From assembly GCA_030167865.1 (NCBI GenBank), contig JALAGF010003234.1, positions 1 to 40,129 of the forward strand: DNA of 40,129 nt, in the 5' to 3' direction. Every line of letters starts with the position of its first letter. The stretch's first letter is position 1. Shown here piece by piece: positions 1-9,389 of the stretch. This DNA is from Craspedostauros australis. Taxonomy: Eukaryota. The position numbers and the translations under genes are program-made. The notes under the pieces are model-generated. The model ran no database searches. It saw only the letters and a list, made by a program, of their open reading frames with translations, and was not told the DNA's origin.

Positions 1-1058
1 CGTAGCTCGTATTGGTCAAAGATTCTATGACCGTACAGTCACAAGCAACCGAGGCGGAATGTTTGTGGCTGAAACAACACAGGGAAAAACAAACAAACAG
101 AGCATGTGTCTTTGTTGGATTCATGGCATGCGGTCACAATCTGGTTCACAACAAGGAGTGTATCAGCAATACACCAACAACAAATAAGCAATAGAAGACT
201 GTCATCTGTGTGCCTGCGAGTGCTTCATTTCGCGTCCTGAGCACGCAAGCAAGCCAGAATCATTCGCTTCGCCATCGCAGCTCAATCACCTCACATTTTC
301 GCTCCAGAACAGGATGAGGCAAGTGTCTTGTCCGATCATTTCGTGGTGCCAGCAGTTGCTCGTCCACTCCCAACCAAGTGCTGCTCTTGGAACGGGAACA
401 ACGATCGTTCGCTTCGTGTTCTGTTTCATGCCTTGAATGTGGTTGTGGATGTCCACCAATCGCCAACCACCACCTGAAGAGAGCTCCATTTCTTCCGGCA
501 ACACTTTCCTTCGCAGGCAGCCTTGCCCATCTATCCAAGAGTCTTTCCATTCTGCTTGGACGAGAATTTGCATCTGCACAATGCATCGATTGAACACAGC
601 GCAGCTCCCATACCCCGACGTAGTCGCAACGATTCGCAGACGATCTATGGAGAGAGTGGATCTGAAGAGGAGGTCTGGTTTGGATTGAGCTGCAGCACAT
701 TGACAGCTCCGCGACTCGACTGAAACAGAATTTGGTCGCACAGGATTTCAAATACCATAGTTTGGATATTGTCTTTCTAATTCGATATACTATGGTTCAT
801 ATGCCCATTTTTCAGGTTTTGTGACGCGACTCGTACGACCACTGTGGGAAGGAACCAGACGGCGCGCCAAGAGTAGTTGGAGGTCGCTCCGGAAAGGCAG
901 ACCAATACTTTTGGGGTTACTCGTACTGATTAGCTTATGTGGGTATGTGTAGGTATGCATGGGTATGTGTAAGTATGTATCTGCACGTCGACTGCGTTGT
1001 ATCCTTCTGGACTGTCTCCCTCCCTCTGTACCAGACTCTGTGCTCGCACACGTGCTCG

Positions 1059-2491
1059 CTAGTAGACCAGATCCTTCAACAGATCATCGACCTTCTCGCC
1101 ATCTGCGTTCAGTAAATCGAATCGCAAAGGCTGGAAGTACTCGTGGGACTGGATCGAGGTGTTGACCTGAATGCCCCCAAGCACACCGATCAGCGCATCC
1201 TTGTTACCCACGCTCTTCGCGCCCTCCTTCACGATCTGCATCATCAGGTCATCCTGCGACTCGAATAGGGCCTTGGGAAGTTCGATGTCCGGATCCTGCG
1301 CAGTCGCCAGTCGCTCGGCGTACGGCAGCAAGCAGTGATCCACCCAAGCCTGCTGAGCGTCGAGAGGCGAATGGGTGGGAATCGAGTTCACATCCTGCTT
1401 GCCGCTGTGCACGTTGGATACGTACTCTGCCGCCGCAGTTGCAGATCCGCAGCACGGGCCTGATTCCGTTTGACCTCGGCGATGCACCTTGCCGAACTGG
1501 CCGTCGTCGTCGATCCCCACGTGTGGACCGTACACGATCAAGCAATGTCCGTTCTGCGGGATGTGGGCCGCCATGGCGCCAAACGATGTCACGCCTCCGA
1601 ATGCAAATCCTGCGAGGCCGCCCATGTGGAAGTTCTGATTGAAGTTCATCTTCAGATCATCCTCCAAGGATCTGTTCACTTCGTCACAACAAAGACTGTT
1701 GTTGAAACCATGGCATGTTGTGGCATGGGGATGGTACGAGTTCGAGTACGAGTAGGCAGGTATGCGAGAGGGCACGAGGTGGTGAGCAAAACGAAAGAGA
1801 GCACTCATACAGCGTGGATCATCGAGGAATGATAGAGCAGCGTGCTGCAGAATGGTATCATGGTCTTATTCTGCTCTCGTCTCGACATGACTTACCTGGT
1901 TGCCAACAAAGACGTCTGCAGGTCGTACCCATACAGTGAAAGGATTCGCTGCAGCCGAGATGACAACTCGAAGCTTTCTATGGCACCCGGAAACGCGGAG
2001 TGGACCATCTCGATGATCTCACCTGGTTGCAAGGTGTCTGGAAATGCCTCGACGGACGTCGACAGCGCTCGCTGCTCTCTGCCGGTGCGCGGCTTCGCCG
2101 GTGACGTAGTTGCCGACGCTGCGGCGACGAGTGATGCGGCGAATCTGGCTGGTGACGACGCTGTTGCTCCCACGTCTTCGACTGCCTCGGTTCTTGCGAT
2201 TGACCGGATCTTGTGCTTCTCGCATGGATTCTGGTTTGAGCAGCCGCATGTTGAATGCGCTCGGAATGATGATGATAGGCCGTGGCTCGGTCGCATCCTG
2301 TGGAAAGGCTGTCGTGGTGCGATCACGAACGGCGATGCCCGTGCCTCTTCCGACGTAGCCGTTGAGAATGCACGGGTCGTCGCGCAGCACATCACCTGCG
2401 ACGAGCTTGCTGTTGCTCCGGCCAACGAACGGCACAAAGCGCCTTGCGCCGATCGGCTTGCTTGTGCGATTGTCAGTATTGTTGCTGTCAT
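1059..2491 (-). CDS. LCIB/LCIC-family (theta-class) carbonic anhydrase, 2 exons (2491-1896, 1695-1059), 410 aa, with a long N-terminal extension resembling an organellar presequence
   Basis: Splicing ACCAG|GTAAG...CAACAG|TCTT joins ORF 1892..2491 to ORF 1059..1808 in frame (596+637=1233 nt). This gives FPGA...LLATSLCCDEVNR...FHMGGLAGFAFGGVTSFGAMAAHIP...YGPHVG...CCGSA, which carries the Cys/His/Cys zinc-ligand motifs typical of LCIB/theta-CA. Confidence 0.93.
1696..1895 (-). other. Spliceosomal intron (200 nt) in the theta-CA gene
   Basis: GTAAG donor and CAG acceptor on the - strand. Removing the intron restores the conserved TSLCCDE motif. Confidence 0.9.
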
Positions 2492-3425
2492 GGTCGTTCA
2501 ATGAAAGGCGTGTGTAGTTGTGGTGTGAGCTTCGATACTGCTCTTCGTGTGTGCGTGTGCGTGTGGTGATGAAGTCGTTTATTGGCTGATAGTGGTTGAC
2601 TCGTGCTGTCGTCTCGATGGTTGGTTGATCGAATGCCCAGTTGATGGATTTGTGAGCTGTTGTGTGAGGAGGGATTAGTCCTGCGCTGAGATGGGACCGT
2701 CCGCAGAATCAGGAACGCGGCAATGCCGCCAATGGAATTGCAGAATTGCCAGAAGCATCGGAGGAACCATCGGGAGAGAGACATCACACTGACGATTGTC
2801 GCTGGTTGGGGCGAAGGCCCCCGCAGAACAAATCCATCACTTTCCATCACGCCGCCAGACCTCGAACAGCACAATCTCGTGTTGTTTCGCCTCGAACATT
2901 CGCGCGGTCGCATTCCCGCGACCTCTCAGCCAATCATTTTGAACGGGAAGAGAACAGTTGGTGGCGAACAGCGAACAACAACATGTCGCAGCGACAAGAA
3001 GAGAACGCAATGATGAAAAATGCACCTTCTTTTTGCGTCATCTGCGGACGCGCCGAGGTCAGCATCGGTCACCCACGAGTCTGGCTCATTCTTGGTGCCA
3101 ACATCGAAAATGCAACCTCTTCGGTCCTTTGGAGACCCACCGAACCGCCACCGAACCGCCACCACTAACATCACCACCAACATCGACACGAACAGCTGCA
3201 AATGAGGCACCAGAGGGCCGATCATGGGAAGTTGGTGCGAGATGGGACAGCATACCTACGAGCAGGGTGTAGAGTGGAGGAATGGCATTTTATGACCGCT
3301 GCCGCTGCTTCTGACTGCGTTACTCTCCCATCCATCCACTGACACCATCACTGACACCATCACATTCATCATTGCAACTACAATCGCAATCGCAATTGGG
3401 TTCGTATTCGGATCGGAACATAGCT

Positions 3426-6400
3426 TCATCCCAACTGGCTGAGGAGTTCTTTCTTGCTGGATTTGTATCCCATGCGCACGGATGGCTGCTTCTTCATCTT
3501 CCTAGATGACTTCTTGTCCTTCCTGGATTTCGAGGAAACGGATGATGATCCCGAAGGCGGCCTGCCCTTCGGCTTCTTGGTCTTTGAGAAGTTCCTCTTG
3601 CTCGTCCGCGCGCCGGACATCATCTTCGGCGACCCGATGGTGGATCCCTTGGTGCGTCCCCGGCTGCTTCCCTTCGTCATGATGGATCCATCTTCGGCAA
3701 AGTCACCGAATCCAAGAGTCTCTGAGAAATCATCGTCAAAGTCTTCCATGTCGCCGAAGGAATCATCGTCGCTCAGGCTCTTCTCGATCCTTTGCTGGTG
3801 CATGGTGCCCGTCTTCTTCTTTTGGGAGACGACCAGCTTTTGGCTGCTGCGTGGCCTCGCGAAGATCGTTCCCTTCCCTCTGGCGGGCATCGAAGGGGAC
3901 CTGCTGGACTGTACCGGCACGCGGGTCGGTGGAGGGAATGCACTTACCGTCATGCCCTTGAGGATTCCGCGCGGTGTCGGTCCTTTTTGAGGCCTGTCCG
4001 TCTTGTCTCTGTGGCCCGTCGGCGTCTCGCTTTTGCCCCGCTTCTTCACGCTCGAGCCTCGCTTGGACTTGCCAGAAGGCGTCTTCATCTTCGGACCAAG
4101 CGAACGCCCTCTCTGCGACTTTTTGGCTGGTGACCGTGGCGGCAGCTGACCGCGGCCATTCGTCTTGTCTGCCGCAGGCGGTCCCTTCCTTCCATGCCTG
4201 GCTGCCACTTTTGGATCCTTTTCCTTGTGCTTGCCTTCTGGTTTCGATGCTGATCGGGACTGTTTGGCCGACGAGGAATCCTTGCCGCTGCCGGCTTTAG
4301 CGGTGTTAGCAGGGGCAACGACTGGCTTGGGCGGAACTGTATCCTTCTTGGAGCCCTTGGAGTCACCGTCCTTCTTGTCCTTTTTCTTTGGCGCTGATCT
4401 TGAACGTTTCGTCGAGGACGAATCCTTGCCGTTCTCAACCTTAGCGGCTGTCGTTTTGGCAACGACAGGCTTCGGTGGGACGGTGTCCTTCTTGGATCCC
4501 TTGGAGTCACCGTCCTTCTTCTTCCCGCTGCGCGACTTCGATGAACTGCGTGCGCCCTTCTTGGGATCATCATTGGCCTTCTTCGGGACGCTCTTATCCC
4601 GCTTCTTGGGCCCCTTGCTGGGATCTCGCTTGCTCTTGCCAGCGTGATGTGCAGGTGGCTTCGATCGTCCACGTGCGCCCCTCGGTGCGGCCGAGCTGGA
4701 ACGCCTTCCCTTGTCCTTGTCGTTGTCCTTGTCTTTCTCGCTTCCCCTTCCTTTTGCTTTGCTCTTCGCATCCTTTGCATCTTTGTTGGATCCACCGACA
4801 GGCTTTTTGTTGGGTGTTTTGGGAGACGGTGCGGCTGTCGGGTGCTTGTCCTTCTTCTTGCTACTGTCCTTCTCCTTAGAAGCTTCCAGATCCTTGCGTG
4901 CTCGTTCCTCTATGTCCTTCTTCCTCTTCGCTTCGGCGGAAGCCTCCTTCTCCTTCGTCTTCTGTAGATCCTTGGTTTCATCCGATGCCAGTGCCATCAA
5001 CGCTGCATCCCACTCTGCCTTTTCCTTGGCCTTCTGTGCCTCCTTCTCTGTTTGTTGTTTCTTCTGATGATCTTCCATCCCCGTGTCTTTCTTGATCGGT
5101 GCGGCTGTTGCCTTGACGGGAGTGTCCTTGATCACTTCCTCGATGATCTCCTCCACAATTTCTTCGTCGTCATCATCATCTTCGATAACTTCCTCCGTGT
5201 ACGATGACGAATTGTCTGAGTCATCCTTCTTTGTTGTCGTCTGGGGTTTGGCATTGGCATTTGCTGTGCTCTTGTTCTTCTTCTCTCCGTCGCTGCTCGA
5301 ATCATCTGATGAATCAGAATCATCGGAAGAGGAGTCATCCAGAAAAGATTTCTTCTTTTTGGCTGCAGCTGGAGGTATCGCCTTTGGAGATGCTGCTGGA
5401 GGGGTTGTTGCCTTTGCCGGGGCCTTGGTTTTGCTTTTTGCTTTGTCATCATCGCTGTCACTATCGCTATCGCTGTCGGAATCGTCGTCAGAGGAATCGT
5501 CCAGGAACGAGGACTTCTTTTTGGGTGGCGCTGCCTTCTTTTCCTTCTGTGTCGACTCTTCATCGTCGCTGTCAGAGTCGTCATCAGAGGAGCCATCCAA
5601 GAATGACGATTTTTTCTTTGGGGGTTCTGACTGCTGTGTTGCTGTTGGTGTTGCTGTTGGCTTGCCTGCAGTGGTTCCGCCATTGATGCCATGAGCCGAT
5701 GTCTTCTTGGGCTCCTCCTTCTCATCATCACTGTCGGAGTCATCATCTGACGAATCGTCCAGGAACGAAGATTTCTTCTTTGGAGGTGCTACGGCATTTG
5801 CTTTCTTCGCTGGTCCCTTATCATCATCATCATCGCTGTCGGAATCGTCGTCTGATGAATCATCAAGGAACGATTTCTTTTTGGGCTGCGCTGATGCCGA
5901 CGCTGATGCCGACACTGACGCAGATGTTGATTGGTTCGCAGAGTGCCCACTCGTGTTCCCATGCATTGATGTCTTCTTCGGCGCCTCCTTCTTTTCATCG
6001 TCGCTGTCGGAGTCTTCATCAGAAGAGTCATCAAGGAATGACTTCTTTTTCGCTGGTGCTGGCGCAGGTGGCGATGCCTTGGCCACGGGCTTGGCCTTGC
6101 CATTATCGCTGTCGTCGCTGTCAGAGTCCTCAGCTGATGAATCGTCCAGAAATGACTTCTTCTTTACTGGCGGAGTTGGCTTGGTGGCTGCGGCGGCCTG
6201 ATTCGATTGGGTGGGATTTGATGGCTTTGCTTTGTCATCATCATCCTCATCATCACTGTCCGAATCTTCATCAGACGAATCGTCCAAAAGCGACTTCTTC
6301 GTCACCGTTGGTGGACTCGCTTTTTGCAGCACCGAGATGTGGTGAGATTGGTTGAGGTTGGACGTTTTAGATTTTCCATCGTCATCGTCATCTGTATCGC

Positions 6401-9389
6401 TGTCCGAGTCGGAATCGTCAGACGAATCATCCAGGAACGACTTCTTCACGGCCAACTTTCTCGTGTGCATTGGTGACGGTTCCAGCTTGTTTTGCGGTGG
6501 CGGAACAGGGCTCACGGAGCCTTCGGGTTCACGCTTCTGCGATGCGCTCTTGTTGTTGTCGCCATCATCGCTGTCGCTGTCATCATCATCGCTGCTGCTC
6601 TTACCACCGCCGAAACCAAACAGACGAGCTGCGGAATTGTCCATGGCGGATGAACTGCGCTTTTGAGGACTGGCCGCAGTGCTCTGGCTGTCATTGCCAC
6701 CACCGAAACCAAACAGACGTGCCGCGGAATTGTCCATCCCTGATGAGCCGCGTTTCTGGGGACTGGCCGCAGTGCTGTGGCTATCATTGCCACCACCGAA
6801 ACCAAATAGCCGTGCCGCAGAATTGTCCATCCCTGATGAACCGCGTTTCTGGGGGCTTGCTGCAGTGCTGTGGCTATCATTGCCTCCGCCGAAACCAAAT
6901 AAACGAGCTGCGGAGTTGTCCATGCTGGACGACGCACGCTTCGATGGACTCGCCATGGATGCGTTGCTGCCGTTGCCACCGGCAAATCCAAACAAGGCGG
7001 CCGCAGAATTGCTCATGCTGATGGAATCGCTGGAACCGCCATTCAAATCTCCCTCCAAGGAACGGTTGTCATCTTCCAATGCTGCTGCTCGCTTGTGCTG
7101 GGCTAACCGTTCCGCGAACTTTGCTTGCTGTTCTCGGATCATGCGGAATCCCATCATGGTGGCATCGCCTGGCTTCTTGGTCTTGATGCGCTGGCCCCAC
7201 ATGTGCTTGATGTCTGGCGTGCTGGTGTCAATCTCGGCATTGTGAAGTCCGACTGGTTCCTTATTCCTTGGACTGGCGGTCACCTGCACATCCTTCACAG
7301 CAGATGCGGGGCCCTTGGGTTTGTTCGGTGCAGCATCGTCTGTATCGTTTGTGAGGAGATCATCGTTCGTATCCACGCTTCTTGCCATCAGATCGTCGTC
7401 ATCGATTTCACTGACGCTGCCAGCTTCCGAACCATAATCTTGGCTGCTGGCACTACGGCGGCGATCATTGTCATTGTCATCATGATAATCATCGCGAAGC
7501 GATCCAATGGACCCTCCCGTCTCTTTCGTAACGATGGTGCTGGGCGGATGATCCTTCTCAGGCGGATCGAATTTGATGACGCCGGACATGTTCAACGATT
7601 CGCGGTAGACGCTGCGGCGGATCGATTGCGCCAACGAATGCGTGTCATCGAACGACGATGCGTGCCGTTTCGATCGCCGCGACGCACCGGTCTCATACTG
7701 GATTTCCACGGCAGAATCCTGATCAGTTGTATTTTGCTCGGCGCGTTCCAGCATGGACGCAGTGCGTATCTGTTTGACATGCTGAGGGGCCTTGCCTTGC
7801 GCGGAAAAGACGACGATCTTTTGCAAATGCATCTGCTGATACCTCTTCATCCATTCTGGCACTTCTGAATTGCTGTCGCCGTCCGGTTTGACGCGGTGGT
7901 GATGATCGTGGGCGTGCTTATGACCACCGTTCGCGATGTGTTCGTCCGTGATCGAATATCCTTCCTCCGTCGATGCATCAAAGGATAACGCGGAACTGCC
8001 GTCATCGTGCGTGTCGTCGTCATGATGCATGGAACGTTGGTGGTCCTGATGCTTCTGACGATTGAGCTTTTTGATCCAATTGGGCGTCTCGTTGGTGTTG
8101 TCGTAGGCTTGCGTCTCCTTGTGGATGGAATGGCTGAGACCGTTGCGCGATCGGGATATGGATGTGGTGAGGACGACCGACTTTGCCGGGCTCAAGGGTG
8201 GCAGACCCATCTTGGCGGCCAGCGTTGCTGCGAGGTTTGGATTGCTGGGCGACAGAAGCTTGGCGTTGCGGGTTTCCGCGCTGCCCGGCGTGCGCAGGTT
8301 TGATTTGACGATGATTGGAGACGATGGCGCGGATGCGGCGATGGGAGGTCGCATGACGGCGATGGGCGATGCAGGTGCCGATGTGACAAGCGACGATGGT
8401 TTGTGTGATACTGTTTTGGACGACGTGAATTGCGAATTAGGCGCGGAGGATGCAGACAGCGAGTGTCTGCGCTGAGGACGAGCCGACGACTTGGGCCTCG
8501 TCGTGACCGGAGGGCCACCCGTGGGATTTGCTTTGGTGATTTTCTTCATAATGAGCGCCCCTGTGGAATCGGACGACGCCTCGAGGACCGTCTCATTGGT
8601 CATGCCTATCTGCTGAAACCGCTTCATCCATTCTGGCATATCCGTGGCTGGGCTGTCCGTCAAGCTGCCATTGGCGATGTTGCCATTGGCGATCTTCTTC
8701 TTCTTGGGAGTCCCCAGTAAAGTGGTGGACGGCGCTGGCGACGAAGAGAGCGACTGCGATCTGGGTCTGGCTTGATGGAGTTGCACGGAAATGGAAAGAG
8801 GCGGCGTGATGGAAGCGGGTGATCTTGCTGCCTTCTTCCACGACGGCGACGGCATGTTGATGGAGGACGGAATCGATGGCTTCCGCGGCGTCGTCGGCGT
8901 CGCAATGGAGATGCTCCTGGATTTGCGCTGCGATCCCGACATCTCCAGCACCTGCTCCTTGTCCGACTTTTGTCCGATCTGCTGAAACTTGGTCATCCAT
9001 TCCGGCATCTCGTTGGGCGTGTAGGCCGATTTGGAACCAACGACGTCGATGCTCCTCTCCATGCTCCTCATGGAGTCCGAGAGTCCGGGTTTCGGCGTGG
9101 GATGGTTATGCGGTGCCATGTTGTCGGATGTCGTGAGCACCGTGGTGCTGGCCGGGCTGATGGTCGGCCTCTTTGTCGGCTTTGCGAACTTGGACATCCA
9201 GGCTGGTTCCCCATCGTTGCCTGACGAGGCCCGCGACGAACGCGATTGCGCCTTTGCATTTGTGTGGGCCGGTCCTCGCGCAGAAGGGTCGATCGACGAG
9301 GACGAGTCCGACGATGACGAGTCATCGCTGTCGCTGTCACTGTCGCTGGCATAGTCCTGGATGCCGTACTTCGTGCTGTTGTATGGCAT
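3426..9389 (-). CDS. Large low-complexity, probably disordered protein (1987 aa) with several internal repeat families; function unknown
   Basis: Uninterrupted 5.96-kb ATG-started ORF. Its repeat copies differ largely at synonymous positions, which indicates real coding sequence. It is S/D/K/P-rich and I recognise no globular domain. Confidence 0.88.
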   Translation of the reverse strand: MPYNSTKYGIQDYASDSDSDSDDSSSSDSSSSIDPSARGPAHTNAKAQSRSSRASSGNDGEPAWMSKFAKPTKRPTISPASTTVLTTSDNMAPHNHPTPKPGLSDSMRSMERSIDVVGSKSAYTPNEMPEWMTKFQQIGQKSDKEQVLEMSGSQRKSRSISIATPTTPRKPSIPSSINMPSPSWKKAARSPASITPPLSISVQLHQARPRSQSLSSSPAPSTTLLGTPKKKKIANGNIANGSLTDSPATDMPEWMKRFQQIGMTNETVLEASSDSTGALIMKKITKANPTGGPPVTTRPKSSARPQRRHSLSASSAPNSQFTSSKTVSHKPSSLVTSAPASPIAVMRPPIAASAPSSPIIVKSNLRTPGSAETRNAKLLSPSNPNLAATLAAKMGLPPLSPAKSVVLTTSISRSRNGLSHSIHKETQAYDNTNETPNWIKKLNRQKHQDHQRSMHHDDDTHDDGSSALSFDASTEEGYSITDEHIANGGHKHAHDHHHRVKPDGDSNSEVPEWMKRYQQMHLQKIVVFSAQGKAPQHVKQIRTASMLERAEQNTTDQDSAVEIQYETGASRRSKRHASSFDDTHSLAQSIRRSVYRESLNMSGVIKFDPPEKDHPPSTIVTKETGGSIGSLRDDYHDDNDNDRRRSASSQDYGSEAGSVSEIDDDDLMARSVDTNDDLLTNDTDDAAPNKPKGPASAVKDVQVTASPRNKEPVGLHNAEIDTSTPDIKHMWGQRIKTKKPGDATMMGFRMIREQQAKFAERLAQHKRAAALEDDNRSLEGDLNGGSSDSISMSNSAAALFGFAGGNGSNASMASPSKRASSSMDNSAARLFGFGGGNDSHSTAASPQKRGSSGMDNSAARLFGFGGGNDSHSTAASPQKRGSSGMDNSAARLFGFGGGNDSQSTAASPQKRSSSAMDNSAARLFGFGGGKSSSDDDDSDSDDGDNNKSASQKREPEGSVSPVPPPQNKLEPSPMHTRKLAVKKSFLDDSSDDSDSDSDTDDDDDGKSKTSNLNQSHHISVLQKASPPTVTKKSLLDDSSDEDSDSDDEDDDDKAKPSNPTQSNQAAAATKPTPPVKKKSFLDDSSAEDSDSDDSDNGKAKPVAKASPPAPAPAKKKSFLDDSSDEDSDSDDEKKEAPKKTSMHGNTSGHSANQSTSASVSASASASAQPKKKSFLDDSSDDDSDSDDDDDKGPAKKANAVAPPKKKSSFLDDSSDDDSDSDDEKEEPKKTSAHGINGGTTAGKPTATPTATQQSEPPKKKSSFLDGSSDDDSDSDDEESTQKEKKAAPPKKKSSFLDDSSDDDSDSDSDSDSDDDKAKSKTKAPAKATTPPAASPKAIPPAAAKKKKSFLDDSSSDDSDSSDDSSSDGEKKNKSTANANAKPQTTTKKDDSDNSSSYTEEVIEDDDDDEEIVEEIIEEVIKDTPVKATAAPIKKDTGMEDHQKKQQTEKEAQKAKEKAEWDAALMALASDETKDLQKTKEKEASAEAKRKKDIEERARKDLEASKEKDSSKKKDKHPTAAPSPKTPNKKPVGGSNKDAKDAKSKAKGRGSEKDKDNDKDKGRRSSSAAPRGARGRSKPPAHHAGKSKRDPSKGPKKRDKSVPKKANDDPKKGARSSSKSRSGKKKDGDSKGSKKDTVPPKPVVAKTTAAKVENGKDSSSTKRSRSAPKKKDKKDGDSKGSKKDTVPPKPVVAPANTAKAGSGKDSSSAKQSRSASKPEGKHKEKDPKVAARHGRKGPPAADKTNGRGQLPPRSPAKKSQRGRSLGPKMKTPSGKSKRGSSVKKRGKSETPTGHRDKTDRPQKGPTPRGILKGMTVSAFPPPTRVPVQSSRSPSMPARGKGTIFARPRSSQKLVVSQKKKTGTMHQQRIEKSLSDDDSFGDMEDFDDDFSETLGFGDFAEDGSIMTKGSSRGRTKGSTIGSPKMMSGARTSKRNFSKTKKPKGRPPSGSSSVSSKSRKDKKSSRKMKKQPSVRMGYKSSKKELLSQLG
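4243..4520 (-). repeat. Two-copy 144-nt (48-aa) coding duplication KKDGDSKGSKKDTVPPKPVVA...GKDSSS.K.SRSA
   Basis: ttggagtcaccgtcc occurs at 4357 and 4501 (period 144). The peptide duplication is visible in the translation. Boundaries are approximate. Confidence 0.85.
5290..6450 (-). repeat. Nine dispersed coding repeats KK(K)S(S)FLDDSS-D/E/S-rich
   Basis: Nine copies counted in the translation of 3426..9389, separated by variable K/P/A/T-rich spacers. Boundaries are approximate. Confidence 0.9.
6604..7016 (-). repeat. Tandem 93-nt (31-aa) coding repeat, ~4.5 copies: MDNSAARLFGFGGGNDSHSTAASPQKRGSSG
   Basis: The anchor gc[ga]ga[ag]ttg recurs at 6631, 6724, 6817, 6910 and 7003, an exact period of 93. 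Confidence 0.93.

Noticed and set aside
12-751. Several overlapping 60-163-aa ORFs at the window start
   Set aside because: No recognisable motifs, no coding-like codon bias, and mutually overlapping frames.
881-903. GGTC..TCCGGAA..CAGACC resembling SRP RNA helix 8
   Set aside because: Lacks the conserved CAGG/AGCA symmetric loop and the rest of the SRP architecture.
1696-1808. N-terminal part of ORF 1059..1808 (MSALFRF...)
   Set aside because: It lies inside the theta-CA intron; the spliced model restores the conserved sequence.
2684-2740. GCTGAGA...GGCAATGCC resembling a TPP riboswitch
   Set aside because: The ACCTGAT/AGGGA core and P1/P2 pairing are missing, and no thiamine gene is adjacent on this strand.
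6604-7016. Regularly spaced repeats as a possible CRISPR array
   Set aside because: Whole units repeat in frame within a CDS, with no unique spacers and no cas genes, in a eukaryotic context.
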